64,000 bases of DNA from Kiritimatiellia bacterium (GTDB taxonomy: Bacteria; Verrucomicrobiota; Kiritimatiellia; CAIKKV01), in assembly GCA_046484345.1 (NCBI GenBank), contig JAWOJA010000063.1:432-64431 (forward strand), written 5' to 3'. Numbering within the stretch: position 1 is the stretch's first letter; each line of letters starts with the position of its first letter. A program made the position numbers and the translations under genes. Shown piece after piece: positions 1 through 8,608 of this stretch. Under the pieces are notes generated by a model that worked only from the letters and a program-made list of their open reading frames with translations, did not search any database and was not told the origin of the DNA.

Positions 1-24
1 TAAAGTCGGAAGTCATTGTCGTAA

Positions 25-53
25 TTGACATAAGTTCTATATTTTAGTACTTT
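25..53 (+). promoter_or_regulatory. Putative sigma70-like promoter (TTGACA at 25-30, N17, TACTTT at 48-53). It sits immediately upstream of the ATG at 60, so the transcript may be leaderless.
   Basis: An AT-rich 59-bp leader in an otherwise GC-rich region, with a perfect -35 hexamer. There is no room for a Shine-Dalgarno sequence before the ATG. Confidence 0.25.
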
Positions 54-59
54 AACATC

Positions 60-431
60 ATGCGAATACAACTGGATAACGTGAAGCAACTCTGCCGGGA
101 GCGTCGGATTCACCTGCGGGAGCTTCTGTCCGAAGCGGGAGTCAGTCGCACGGCTTATTATTCGCTGACGCGCAAAGTATCCGTTCTGCCGAAGTCCGTA
201 TGCAGAATCGCCAAAAGCCTGAACGTCAGTCCGTTGCGATTTCTGGAGGACTCCTCCGGACCGGTCCGGCGCATCCGAGAGTTGCGGGAACGCACGGATG
301 CGATTTGCCGGCAAAACCCCTCGGCGGACCGCGATGTCGTGTTCCGCACCCTGATGAATTTGGACCTGCCGCCCGTTAAGCGGCTTCGAAAGGCGCTGAC
401 CCGTGGAAGACAAGCTCATCTTCACCGCTAA
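60..431 (+). CDS. XRE/Cro-family helix-turn-helix DNA-binding protein (123 aa)
   Basis: The N-terminal 60 aa have the HTH_XRE pattern (…LRELLSEAGVSRTAYYSLTRK…IAKSLNVSP…). The 3' end overlaps the next ORF by 29 nt. Confidence 0.55.
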   Translation: MRIQLDNVKQLCRERRIHLRELLSEAGVSRTAYYSLTRKVSVLPKSVCRIAKSLNVSPLRFLEDSSGPVRRIRELRERTDAICRQNPSADRDVVFRTLMNLDLPPVKRLRKALTRGRQAHLHR

Positions 432-861
432 AGAATTGGCGTTCCTGCGCGAACTGACCCGGAACAAGGTTCCGTTCATAGTCGTCGGTCTATCGGCCGC
501 CGCGCTTCAGGGCGCTCCCATGGTCACGCAGGATGTGGATCTCTGGTTTTTGGACATCAATCACCCGGGAATCCGCAAAGCATTGATGAAGCTGGGCGGA
601 ACGCTGGTCCCGCCGATCGGGCTGAACCCACCGGTGTTTTCAGGCAAGCATGTCGATTGTTTCGATATTGTGCTGACCGTCCACGGAGTGGGCAAGTTCG
701 AGCGGGAAATGAAAACCGCCATCGATGTGTCCCTGGGGAGCTTTTTTGTGAAAGTGTTGCCCTTGGATCGGATTATTGCCAGCAAGAAATTCCTGAACCG
801 CGAAAAGGACAGGATGGTTCTTCCGGCTTTGAAAGCGGCGGCGAAAGCGGTCGCCCGCTGA
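403..861 (+). CDS. Small (minimal) nucleotidyltransferase-fold protein, 152 aa, with a GTG start overlapping the upstream HTH gene
   Basis: It carries the Pol-beta-type NTase signature G-S-x11-D-V-D (VVGLSAAALQGAPMVTQDVDLWF). Its size is typical of MNT-type proteins from toxin-antitoxin pairs. Confidence 0.5.
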   Translation: MEDKLIFTAKELAFLRELTRNKVPFIVVGLSAAALQGAPMVTQDVDLWFLDINHPGIRKALMKLGGTLVPPIGLNPPVFSGKHVDCFDIVLTVHGVGKFEREMKTAIDVSLGSFFVKVLPLDRIIASKKFLNREKDRMVLPALKAAAKAVAR

Positions 862-1305
862 AGTTGCTATTCCGGGAGTCAGACGGGGGGTCCTAGCGCG
901 GATGGCGGGTGAGCCGTTTTTAGGATGATGATGCTACGGATTGCGCGGATTTACGCGGATTGAGCCGAGGGAATTCGTGGGGACGCTACGGAAGCACGGA
1001 GACGAGAGAGCACAGAGATTCGAAAACGGCGGCATGTCCGTCAAGGCCCGGACAGCCCGCCGTTTTCTCGACCTCTACTTGGAGAAAGAGAGCCTCCTCT
1101 TCCTTAAAAGAATAGTCGAGCGAATGGCGCCAGGACGCGAGCGCGGCGTGGTGGTATTCGCGAGTCTCCGTGGATTTTCCGTCTCCGTGCCTCCGCGCCT
1201 CCGTGGTGAATCCGAATCATCGGAACCGTGGTAAGCGCGCGCTTTTCCAGGATAGGCGGCGCCGACAGCGCGGCGCCCTCCAATGCATCGTGCAAAAATT
1301 CATGG

Positions 1306-1602
1306 TCAACCGTCAATTGCGCCGGTGGTGCGGTTGATGCGCATTTTGCCGGCGGCAATGAGGGCTTCCTTGGCCGCTTTGGGGAGCTGTTTAAAGCGGT
1401 ATTCCACCTTCAGGGCCAGAGAATGGGAGCCGATGCGGCGTTTGAACACGAGGGCGTGTGGCGGGTTTGCGCGCAGGAATTTGGCGGCTCGGGGACTGGC
1501 GGATAGATGCTCCTCGTAGCGGCGCTGGACATCCGTGGCAATTCCGGCATACAAGGCGCCCGAGATGGTGCGAATGACGTAGAAGTGCCAGAATGGGGTC
1601 AC
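1306..1602 (-). CDS. GIY-YIG nuclease-domain protein (UPF0213-like), about 99 aa, probable GTG start
   Basis: The motifs FWHFYVIRT…GALYAGIATDVQRRYEEHL…KVEYRFKQLPKAAKE are classic GIY-YIG. The 151-aa ORF on the track runs on across both tRNA genes, so I trimmed it. Confidence 0.6.
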   Translation of the reverse strand: MTPFWHFYVIRTISGALYAGIATDVQRRYEEHLSASPRAAKFLRANPPHALVFKRRIGSHSLALKVEYRFKQLPKAAKEALIAAGKMRINRTTGAIDG

Positions 1603-1625
1603 AGCTAATTTTTCAGAGAATGAGC

Positions 1626-1701
<76 letters not shown>

Positions 1702-1716
1702 ACATTCCGAAAAAAT

Positions 1717-1791
1717 TGGAGCGAGCGAAGGGATTTGAACCCTCGACAACCACCTTGGCAAGGTGGAGCTCTACCACTGAGCTACGCTCGC
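1717..1791 (-). tRNA. tRNA-Gly (anticodon GCC), 75 nt including CCA
   Basis: The reverse complement reads GCGAGCGTAGCTCAGTGGTAGAGCTCCACCTTGCCAAGGTGGTTGTCGAGGGTTCAAATCCCTTCGCTCGCTCCA. The anticodon stem is CCACC/GGTGG with loop TTGCCAA. Confidence 0.9.
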
Positions 1792-1869
1792 TTTTGTTGA
1801 TCAAAAAGCGGACCAGTAACTTATAACAGACGGACGCATGGCGCAAGATTTTTTTGTAACAAACATCCA

Positions 1870-2934
1870 CTAAATTTTACACGAGGAGGCGCGGATGGCG
1901 AGGGAAGGGGTGCTGAAAAGGTGCCGGAAGGTCTGGCGCGTCGGATTTTCAAGCCGCGCCATCAGGGTCTTGAACGCCTGTTCGCCGATCCACATGTCGT
2001 TGACGCCGACGCTGGTCAGCGGCAGAATGCCGAAAGCGGCGAGGGGCGTGTCGCCCGTTCCCACGATGGCGACATCCTCGGGCACCCGGATGTTCAGCTC
2101 CGCCAGCAGCCGCATGGAGAGCGACATGGCGTAATCGCTGCCAATCAGGCAATCGAATTGCCCCTTGTTTTCCGCGAAAAAGGCGCGCAGGGAGGCTTCC
2201 AGCGGCGCCAACGGCGGCAGTTCGCTGTCGCCGGGGGCAAAGGGCAGGTCCATGAGCAGGGGCGGGGGGAGTTTTTCTTTCTCCAGCTCCTGGCGGATGG
2301 CATCCTCCCGCACCGCATCCATGTAGATGGCGGGGACGTGGTTCACGAGCGCCACGCGTTTGCGGCCGAGGGCCAGCAGGTGGGCGATCTGCAGGCGGCC
2401 GACTTCCGTGTAATCGGCGCTGACATCGTCGCAATCGAAGGGGATCGAGCAGGAGCCGTCGAGGGTGACGACGGGAAAGCCCGTGCCGGCCAAGCGCCGC
2501 AGCTCCTCATGGGGGCCGGCATCCGTGGGTTGCACGATGAGCCCGTCCACGCCCTTGTCCAGAAGCAGTTGGATGAGGCCTTCCTCCTGTTCGGGCTGGT
2601 TGCCGTGGGCGCTGTAGACGACGGCGTAGAGGCGATGGCGGGCGGCGGCGAAAATGCCGGTGGCCCGGTTGTGGTGGGTGCCCACGTAGAACATGGGGGA
2701 AATGGCCCCGATGGATTGGGTTCGGCCCTCGCGGAGCGAACGGGCGGTGAGATTGGGGCGGTAGCCCAGTTCGCGGGCGGCGGTGAGAATGCGGCTGCGT
2801 GTGTTCAGCGAGGCCCAGCAATTCGGACGATTGTTCAGCACCTGGCTGGCGGTGGCGGAACTGACCCCTGCTTTATGCGCCACGTCAGCCAACGTGATGC
2901 GATACCTTTTCCGTGAAGGATCCAGATCAGCCAT
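1870..2934 (-). CDS. LacI-family transcriptional regulator
   Basis: An N-terminal HTH (ITLADVAHKAGVSSATASQVLNN) is followed by a periplasmic-binding-protein-like sugar-binding core. Confidence 0.8.
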   Translation of the reverse strand: MADLDPSRKRYRITLADVAHKAGVSSATASQVLNNRPNCWASLNTRSRILTAARELGYRPNLTARSLREGRTQSIGAISPMFYVGTHHNRATGIFAAARHRLYAVVYSAHGNQPEQEEGLIQLLLDKGVDGLIVQPTDAGPHEELRRLAGTGFPVVTLDGSCSIPFDCDDVSADYTEVGRLQIAHLLALGRKRVALVNHVPAIYMDAVREDAIRQELEKEKLPPPLLMDLPFAPGDSELPPLAPLEASLRAFFAENKGQFDCLIGSDYAMSLSMRLLAELNIRVPEDVAIVGTGDTPLAAFGILPLTSVGVNDMWIGEQAFKTLMARLENPTRQTFRHLFSTPSLAIRASSCKI

Positions 2935-3004
2935 TGAATTCTCCTACAATTTGGAAACTGTAGGCTCTTCTAGCGACAAAGGCAAATGTTTTATATAAAT
3001 CGGT

Positions 3005-3877
3005 TTACTGATCTTTTGTAGCGTCCGGCCAAATGGTGGCCCACATGGAGGCTTGAGGCCCTTCGATTTTGGTCAGGCGCAGGCGGATTTTGGCCACCGG
3101 CACCTCCGCATCCATGCTAAGGAGCATGCAGGGCGCCCCTTTGCTGAGCTTCAGGTCAATTTTCCCTTTGCGCACGAAGAGTCCCTCGAACTGGGCCTCG
3201 GGGATGACCCGGACGGCTGGAATCGAGTCATACTCCGCGGCGGCGACGCCTTTTTTTTCGGGTAAAACACGAAGGATCAGCTTGTAGATTTTATCGTCGG
3301 CCAGCAACTCGTATTCGTTCGTCGTGCCGGCGAGAAAACCGTCCTTGCGCAGCCAATAGGAGAGGCTGGGGATATCGCGGGTATCGGATGCGATGGGGAG
3401 TTCATAATCCTGGTAATTCTTGACCAGGCGGCGCCAGTGGGCGGTTTTGGCGGCGTGGTTGAAGTCGATCATGGCCTTTTCCCGGCGGGAGCCTTCGTTC
3501 ATGTTTTTGATGAACCGGACCGGTAAAAATGTGACCGGATCGATGTAGCTCTCGATGAGATCGTTGACCGGATAGAGTTTGTCGAGGATGTGGAGGCTTT
3601 TTGTGCGGTAGCGGATGCGCAGCAGGAGACGTCCGTCGAGCCAGGTGACCCAGTCCGTGGTGATGACGCTGGTGGCGACTTCGAAAATGCCCCAATGCAC
3701 GCTGTAGGTGAGTTTCTCGCCGACGGGGAACCAGAGCTTGACGGCATTCGGGGGATTGGTGACGACCGCCGGTTCCCATTTCATGTCTTCCAGGAGATTG
3801 GATTGCGCGGGTGAGGCGCAGCAAAACAGGGAAAAGAGCAACAAGGTTGCCGGCCATTGGAAATACGAGTTGCGCAT
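3005..3877 (-). CDS. Secreted DUF3108-like protein with a signal peptide
   Basis: It has an N-terminal hydrophobic signal (LLLFSLFCCASPAQS). The overall pattern resembles the DUF3108 family; that assignment is from memory only. Confidence 0.45.
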   Translation of the reverse strand: MRNSYFQWPATLLLFSLFCCASPAQSNLLEDMKWEPAVVTNPPNAVKLWFPVGEKLTYSVHWGIFEVATSVITTDWVTWLDGRLLLRIRYRTKSLHILDKLYPVNDLIESYIDPVTFLPVRFIKNMNEGSRREKAMIDFNHAAKTAHWRRLVKNYQDYELPIASDTRDIPSLSYWLRKDGFLAGTTNEYELLADDKIYKLILRVLPEKKGVAAAEYDSIPAVRVIPEAQFEGLFVRKGKIDLKLSKGAPCMLLSMDAEVPVAKIRLRLTKIEGPQASMWATIWPDATKDQ

Positions 3878-4020
3878 GTCACCCTTCCAGACAATGGCGA
3901 TAGTGTAGGATGTTTGCGGAAAATGAAAAGGTTATTACTGCGCAAAGATTTGAATTTCCAAAGGCAATGCACTAAGGTGGCGTCCGTTTTTGGGGCTCGT
4001 TTTGGGAAGGGCTGAACGGA

Positions 4021-4428
4021 ATGGATACGGCGGGAATCGTGTGCGGGTTTCTGGCGGCCCTGCTCCAATCGCTTTCCTACATATCCTCCCGCTGGTTTTT
4101 GAAGCGATCGGGCGGCACGCCCTTTCAGTTGCTGGGTGTTTCGCACCTCCAGATGGGGCTGGCGGCGCTTGTCCTGTTTTCCATTTTCGCGCGCGACATG
4201 CCGCCCCTGCGGGTCTACCTCTATCCCGCCCTGGGCGCGATTGCCGGGTTGCCCCTGGTGGCGCGCGCCCGCACGCGCACGCCCCGCCTGTGGGCCATGG
4301 CCGTGCCCTAAGCCCTGTTCTGGTTCACCAGCATATTTTTCCTGTACATCCGCTTCGACCGCATCGGCGTGGTGTTCGGCAACATCATCCAGTCCACCCG
4401 GTGGCCGCGATTTTGTTATATTTGAAGG
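4021..4428 (+). pseudogene. Remnant of a DMT/EamA-like membrane transporter, about 135 codons, with an in-frame TAA at 4309-4311
   Basis: Two predicted TM helices and an EamA-like N-terminus are followed by a stop. The reading frame then continues for 38 more codons (ALFWFTSIFFLYIRFDRIGVV…). That is far too short for a 10-TM DMT protein. Confidence 0.3.
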
Positions 4429-4443
4429 CGTAGAACCGGGCGG

Positions 4444-4896
4444 TTACTTGATGGCGTTGTTGATGAACACCAGCGTGAAAATGGCCACGGTTTCGATGAT
4501 GCCGAGGGCGATCAGGTAATTGGCCGTGCCCTGGCCGGTTTCACCCAGCGCGTCGGAGGCTGCCGCGGCCGCTTTGCCCTGCATGAACGCCGACAGGCCG
4601 ACCGCCAGGCCGCCGAGGATGCCGGCTCCCACGAGGCCCTGCCAGGGCGAGCCAGCCACGGCCGCATCGCGGATGGAGTTCATCATGATGAAGCCATAGA
4701 GCGTTTGCGTGAGCGGCGCGCCGACGAACGAGATCAGCATGAACGGCGCCAGCTTGTTCTGCGCGTAGCATTTTTTCCACGACCCGATGGCGGCCATGCC
4801 GGCGACGCCGGCGCCGAGGGCGGAGCCGATGGCGGAAAGGCCCAGGGCGGCGGCGGATCCGATTTTTCCAATGGAGGTGATTTCTTCCGGTGTCAT
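4444..4896 (-). CDS. atpK: V-type ATPase subunit K (proteolipid, 4-TM double-hairpin type)
   Basis: It is Gly/Ala-rich with 4 TM helices and a conserved carboxylate in the last helix (GIIETVAIF). It is the last gene of a V-ATPase operon. Confidence 0.85.
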   Translation of the reverse strand: MTPEEITSIGKIGSAAALGLSAIGSALGAGVAGMAAIGSWKKCYAQNKLAPFMLISFVGAPLTQTLYGFIMMNSIRDAAVAGSPWQGLVGAGILGGLAVGLSAFMQGKAAAAASDALGETGQGTANYLIALGIIETVAIFTLVFINNAIK

Positions 4897-4919
4897 GAGT
4901 ATCCTTTCATTCGTAACGT

Positions 4920-6698
4920 CTAGGGGGTTGGGGCGGATTCCTTGCGAAACGGGTTGAAATGGCGGCCGAGCCATTGAATTCCCAGGTGGGAGGAAAATTC
5001 AAGGGCATTCAGCCGCACGCCGTGCACCAGCACCGACAGGGCGCTTAGCAGAATGTTCAACAGGTGAACCAGGAAAATAATGACCGCCCCGGCCAGGCCG
5101 CGGCCCAGGGTCATGGGCGCATCGCCCCCGAAGGCGATTTCATTGAAGGCCTTTATCAGGACGACCGACGAGCTGGCCACCAGGTAGAGCCGCAGGTAGG
5201 AGATGGTGTCGCCAAAATGGCCGATAATGCTGAACGGCACGTTCAGGAGCGACTGGTAATCGGTTTTAAATTTTTTGAACGGGACCGTGAATGCAAAAAT
5301 AAGGAACACGCTGACCCCGAAGATCCAGAATATGCCGGGCAGGTGGGGTTTGCCCAGGATCAGGTTTTCGGCGAGCGAATACATCATCCAGCACGAGCCG
5401 ATCCAGCCCAACTGGGCGAGCGCGGTGATGGAGCGGGGATTGCGGACGATGCACCAGGCATGGGCCAGCGACATCTGCGAGGCGCCGAGCAGGAAACAGA
5501 TATGCTCGATCCGGGTGGTATCGGTCAGCATGTCGAGTTTCAACTTGCGGAGGGGCCCCGGCAGAGCCTCGATTCCGAGATAGGAGCCCGACAGCACGCC
5601 CCAGACCATGGTCGAGAGGGACAAAATGGTCAGAAGCGGAACGAGGCTGGGCGGGGCGGCCTTCCACTTTTTGCGGATCAGGAACGTCAGCCCCAGGAAA
5701 AGGAGGCCATAGACGGCATCGCCGACCAGCATGGCGAAAAACAAACTGAAAAAGATGAGGAAAACGGGGCTGACATCCAGTTCCCAGTAACCCGGCACGA
5801 TGCCCAGCATATCCATCAGGCTTTGGATGGGCCGCGTCCAGCGCGAATAGCGGATGAGGGTCGGCACGGCGTCGGCTTCCGTCGGATCTTCCGCCAGCCA
5901 GCCCCAGCCCTGGCGCTTGGCCTCGGCCTGGAGCGTGGGCAGATCCGGGGCCGGCATGAACCCCTGGATCAGAAGAACGGCCCCATCCTGGCCCATGCCG
6001 TTGCGCGCTTCCAGCCAACGCACGCGGTCGAGGGCATCGGCCGCGGCCTTTTCGGCGAGGTTCAGGCGGCTGGCCAGTTGTGCCAAGGCTTTTCCATCGG
6101 CGGCCTGATCGGCCTCCACCTGCGTCCGTTCGCGGCGCACATCCCCGAGCGCGCGTTCGGGAACCGGCATCTCCACCGCGTTCCCGGTCCAGCCGGGCGC
6201 GTTGAGCAGGGCGAAGAAAACGGCGGTGTTGTCGCGATGCAGGTCAACGCGGACCGCCCCCTCGGGTAGTTGGATATCCGCCCGCGATTCGGCCCGGAAG
6301 AGGCGGATGGAGATTCCGCGGGCGATCAGCTCGCGCAGTTCGGCGGGATCAAAATCCCCGTACGGCGCCAGGTGCTTGACCCGGTCGTTCAACCGCAGGA
6401 GGGTTTCGGCCCGTTCCCGTATGGCTGCGGTCAAACGCAGGGCTTCGGCCAGCACCTCGGCCGGGGAGATCGGGCCGGCGGGGGAGGGGGCGCCCGGGTT
6501 TTCGGCGGCCAGCCGCCGCAGGACGACGAGAACGGCCTGCGCCTCCTCGAGGTGGCGCCGGGCGGTTTCCAGGTCGCCCGCTGGCGCGCTCCGCAGGGGG
6601 CTGACATGCAGGACCCCCAGCTCGCGCAGCGCGTTCAGAGATTCGTCGCGATGATCGGCGAGGCTGAGAATGGTCACTTTTTTCATCGGCACGATCAT
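4920..6698 (-). CDS. atpI: V-type ATPase subunit I (a-subunit, 116 kDa type)
   Basis: A hydrophilic N-terminal half is followed by a multi-TM C-terminal half. Its operon position is between D and K. Confidence 0.85.
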   Translation of the reverse strand: MIVPMKKVTILSLADHRDESLNALRELGVLHVSPLRSAPAGDLETARRHLEEAQAVLVVLRRLAAENPGAPSPAGPISPAEVLAEALRLTAAIRERAETLLRLNDRVKHLAPYGDFDPAELRELIARGISIRLFRAESRADIQLPEGAVRVDLHRDNTAVFFALLNAPGWTGNAVEMPVPERALGDVRRERTQVEADQAADGKALAQLASRLNLAEKAAADALDRVRWLEARNGMGQDGAVLLIQGFMPAPDLPTLQAEAKRQGWGWLAEDPTEADAVPTLIRYSRWTRPIQSLMDMLGIVPGYWELDVSPVFLIFFSLFFAMLVGDAVYGLLFLGLTFLIRKKWKAAPPSLVPLLTILSLSTMVWGVLSGSYLGIEALPGPLRKLKLDMLTDTTRIEHICFLLGASQMSLAHAWCIVRNPRSITALAQLGWIGSCWMMYSLAENLILGKPHLPGIFWIFGVSVFLIFAFTVPFKKFKTDYQSLLNVPFSIIGHFGDTISYLRLYLVASSSVVLIKAFNEIAFGGDAPMTLGRGLAGAVIIFLVHLLNILLSALSVLVHGVRLNALEFSSHLGIQWLGRHFNPFRKESAPTP

Positions 6699-7300
6699 GC
6701 CGCATCCTCCCGCTTGCCGACCTTTTTGGCCGCCTTGCCGCGGGCCACTTCGGCCGTCATCAGGTCGCCCATGAAAATCTTGATGACCCGGATCTTCTCT
6801 TTCGACTCCGGGATTTTCACCTTTTCGAACAGGTTGACCCGCTGCGAGGTGACCCGCAGCTCCTCCTCGAGCAGGGCGTTCTGGCGCTCCAGGATGCGGC
6901 GCTTGATCAGGAGGGCCGCCAGGGCCTTGATCAAATCACGCGCCTCTTCAAGCCAGGGGGGCGTTTCAAAGAGGTCGAGTTCCTCACTTTGAAACACGGC
7001 CGACTTGAACACCGGAATGATCACGCCCGCGATATTGTCCTCGGACGTTTCGACGGATTCCAGGGCCGTCAGGCTTGTCAGCCGGGCGGGATCTTCGGCC
7101 ATCAGGGCCGACCACGTCCGCGAGGCGCTGACCAGCGAATTGGCTTCAGCCCGGTTTTTCTCGACCGCCAGATGCACGGACTGGATCTCCGCCTGGAGCT
7201 GCTGTTTCTTCAGCTGCAGCATGGGCAGAAAACGTTCGAACCGCTGCAGCGCATCGCGCTGGGCCTTGAGTTCGATTTTGGTTTTCTTTATCTGCGGCAT
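6695..7300 (-). CDS. atpD: V-type ATPase subunit D
   Basis: It is a coiled-coil central-stalk protein of about 200 aa (MPQIKKTKIELKAQRDALQRFERFLPMLQLKK…). Confidence 0.85.
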   Translation of the reverse strand: MPQIKKTKIELKAQRDALQRFERFLPMLQLKKQQLQAEIQSVHLAVEKNRAEANSLVSASRTWSALMAEDPARLTSLTALESVETSEDNIAGVIIPVFKSAVFQSEELDLFETPPWLEEARDLIKALAALLIKRRILERQNALLEEELRVTSQRVNLFEKVKIPESKEKIRVIKIFMGDLMTAEVARGKAAKKVGKREDAA

Positions 7301-7312
7301 GGCGGCAACGGA

Positions 7313-8608
7313 TTATTTCTTGGGCCAGAATTGTTCGATCATCTTGGAGGGGGCGCCGGTCTCGACCGGCTCGAAGCAGTCGGCCAGAATTTCCCATCCC
7401 AGGTCCAGCGCTTTTTCCAGCGGGATGTTGACCGTCAGGTCCATCATCTCGCGCTCGAAGCGCTCGCCGTATTTCAGCAGCTTGCGGTCCCAGGGGCTGA
7501 GGCGGAAGCCCATGGTCTGTTTTTCGAGGGTTTCGCGGAACGAGGCGTACAGCTGGATCATGGTGTTCATGATCGTGCGGTGGTCGGCCCGGGTGCTGCC
7601 GTTGACCTGCTGCTTGAGACGGCTGAGCGAGCCGAAGGGCTCGATGCGGCCGCCGCGCAGGTAGAACTGGCCCTCGGTGATGTAGCCGGTGTTGTCGGGC
7701 ACGGGATGGGTCACATCGTCGCCGGGCATGGAGGTGACCGCCAGGATGGTGATGGAGCCGGCGGTATCGAAGTCAACGGCCTTCTCATAGCGGGCGGCCA
7801 GCTGGCTGTAGAGGTCGCCCGGGTAGCCGCGGTTGGAGGGAATCTGTTCCATCGTGATGGCGATTTCCTTGAGCGCGTCGGCGTAATTGGTCATGTCCGA
7901 GAGCAGCACGAGCACGCGCTTTCCGGCCAGTGCGAACTGTTCGGCGACGGCCAGGCTCAGGTCGGGGATCAGCAGGCATTCCACGATCGGATCGGCGGCG
8001 GTATGGACGAAGAGGACGGAGCGCGAGAGCGCGCCGCTGGCGTCGAGGGTGTCGCGGAAAAACAGGTAATCGTCGAACTTCAACCCCATGCCGCCCAGGA
8101 TGATGATATCGACCTCGGCCTGCAGGGCCAGGCGGGCCAGCAGGGCGTTGTAGGGCTCGCCGGCGCGCGCGAAGATGGGCAGCTTCTGGGATTCCACCAA
8201 AGAGTTGAAGACATCGATCATGGGAATGCCGGTGCGGACCATGTGGCGCGGGATGATGCGTTTGGTGGGGTTGACCGAAGGGCCCGCGAGATCGGTCAGG
8301 TTTTCCTGGAGGGCGGGCCCCTTGTCGCGCGGGATCATGCTGCCGTTGAAGACGCGGCCGAGCAGGGCGTCCGAAAAGGGCACCTGCATGGGATGGCCGA
8401 GGAAGCGGACTTCCGCATCGGTGGCGATGCCGCGGGAGCCGGAAAAGACCTGCAGGGCCACGTGGCGGCCTTTCAGGCTGATGACCTGGGCGAGGGAGGT
8501 GCCCTGGCGGGAGGTGATTTCGGCGAGCTCCCGGTAGCTGACCCCGTCGGCTTCGACGTGGATCACGCTGCCGGTGATATTTTCGATCCGGTTATACGTC
8601 TTACGCAT
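7313..8608 (-). CDS. atpB: V-type ATPase subunit B
   Basis: It has the non-catalytic A/B-family fold with a P-loop-like region. Typical B-subunit sequence is present (…[15 protein letters not shown]…). Confidence 0.9.
   Translation of the reverse strand: MRKTYNRIENITGSVIHVEADGVSYRELAEITSRQGTSLAQVISLKGRHVALQVFSGSRGIATDAEVRFLGHPMQVPFSDALLGRVFNGSMIPRDKGPALQENLTDLAGPSVNPTKRIIPRHMVRTGIPMIDVFNSLVESQKLPIFARAGEPYNALLARLALQAEVDIIILGGMGLKFDDYLFFRDTLDASGALSRSVLFVHTAADPIVECLLIPDLSLAVAEQFALAGKRVLVLLSDMTNYADALKEIAITMEQIPSNRGYPGDLYSQLAARYEKAVDFDTAGSITILAVTSMPGDDVTHPVPDNTGYITEGQFYLRGGRIEPFGSLSRLKQQVNGSTRADHRTIMNTMIQLYASFRETLEKQTMGFRLSPWDRKLLKYGERFEREMMDLTVNIPLEKALDLGWEILADCFEPVETGAPSKMIEQFWPKK

Noticed and set aside
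1018-1070. Possibility that the nested hairpin is the SRP (4.5S) RNA helix-8 region
   Set aside because: The apical loop is UCAAGGCC rather than the GGAA/GNRA tetraloop, and the conserved symmetric-loop AGGUCAGGUCCGGAAGGAAGCAGC motif is absent.
941-1234. 97-aa ORF in the gap after the NTase gene
   Set aside because: Its third-position GC is low and it uses rare codons for this genome. It has no family resemblance, and the region is dominated by hairpin structure, so I treat it as non-coding.
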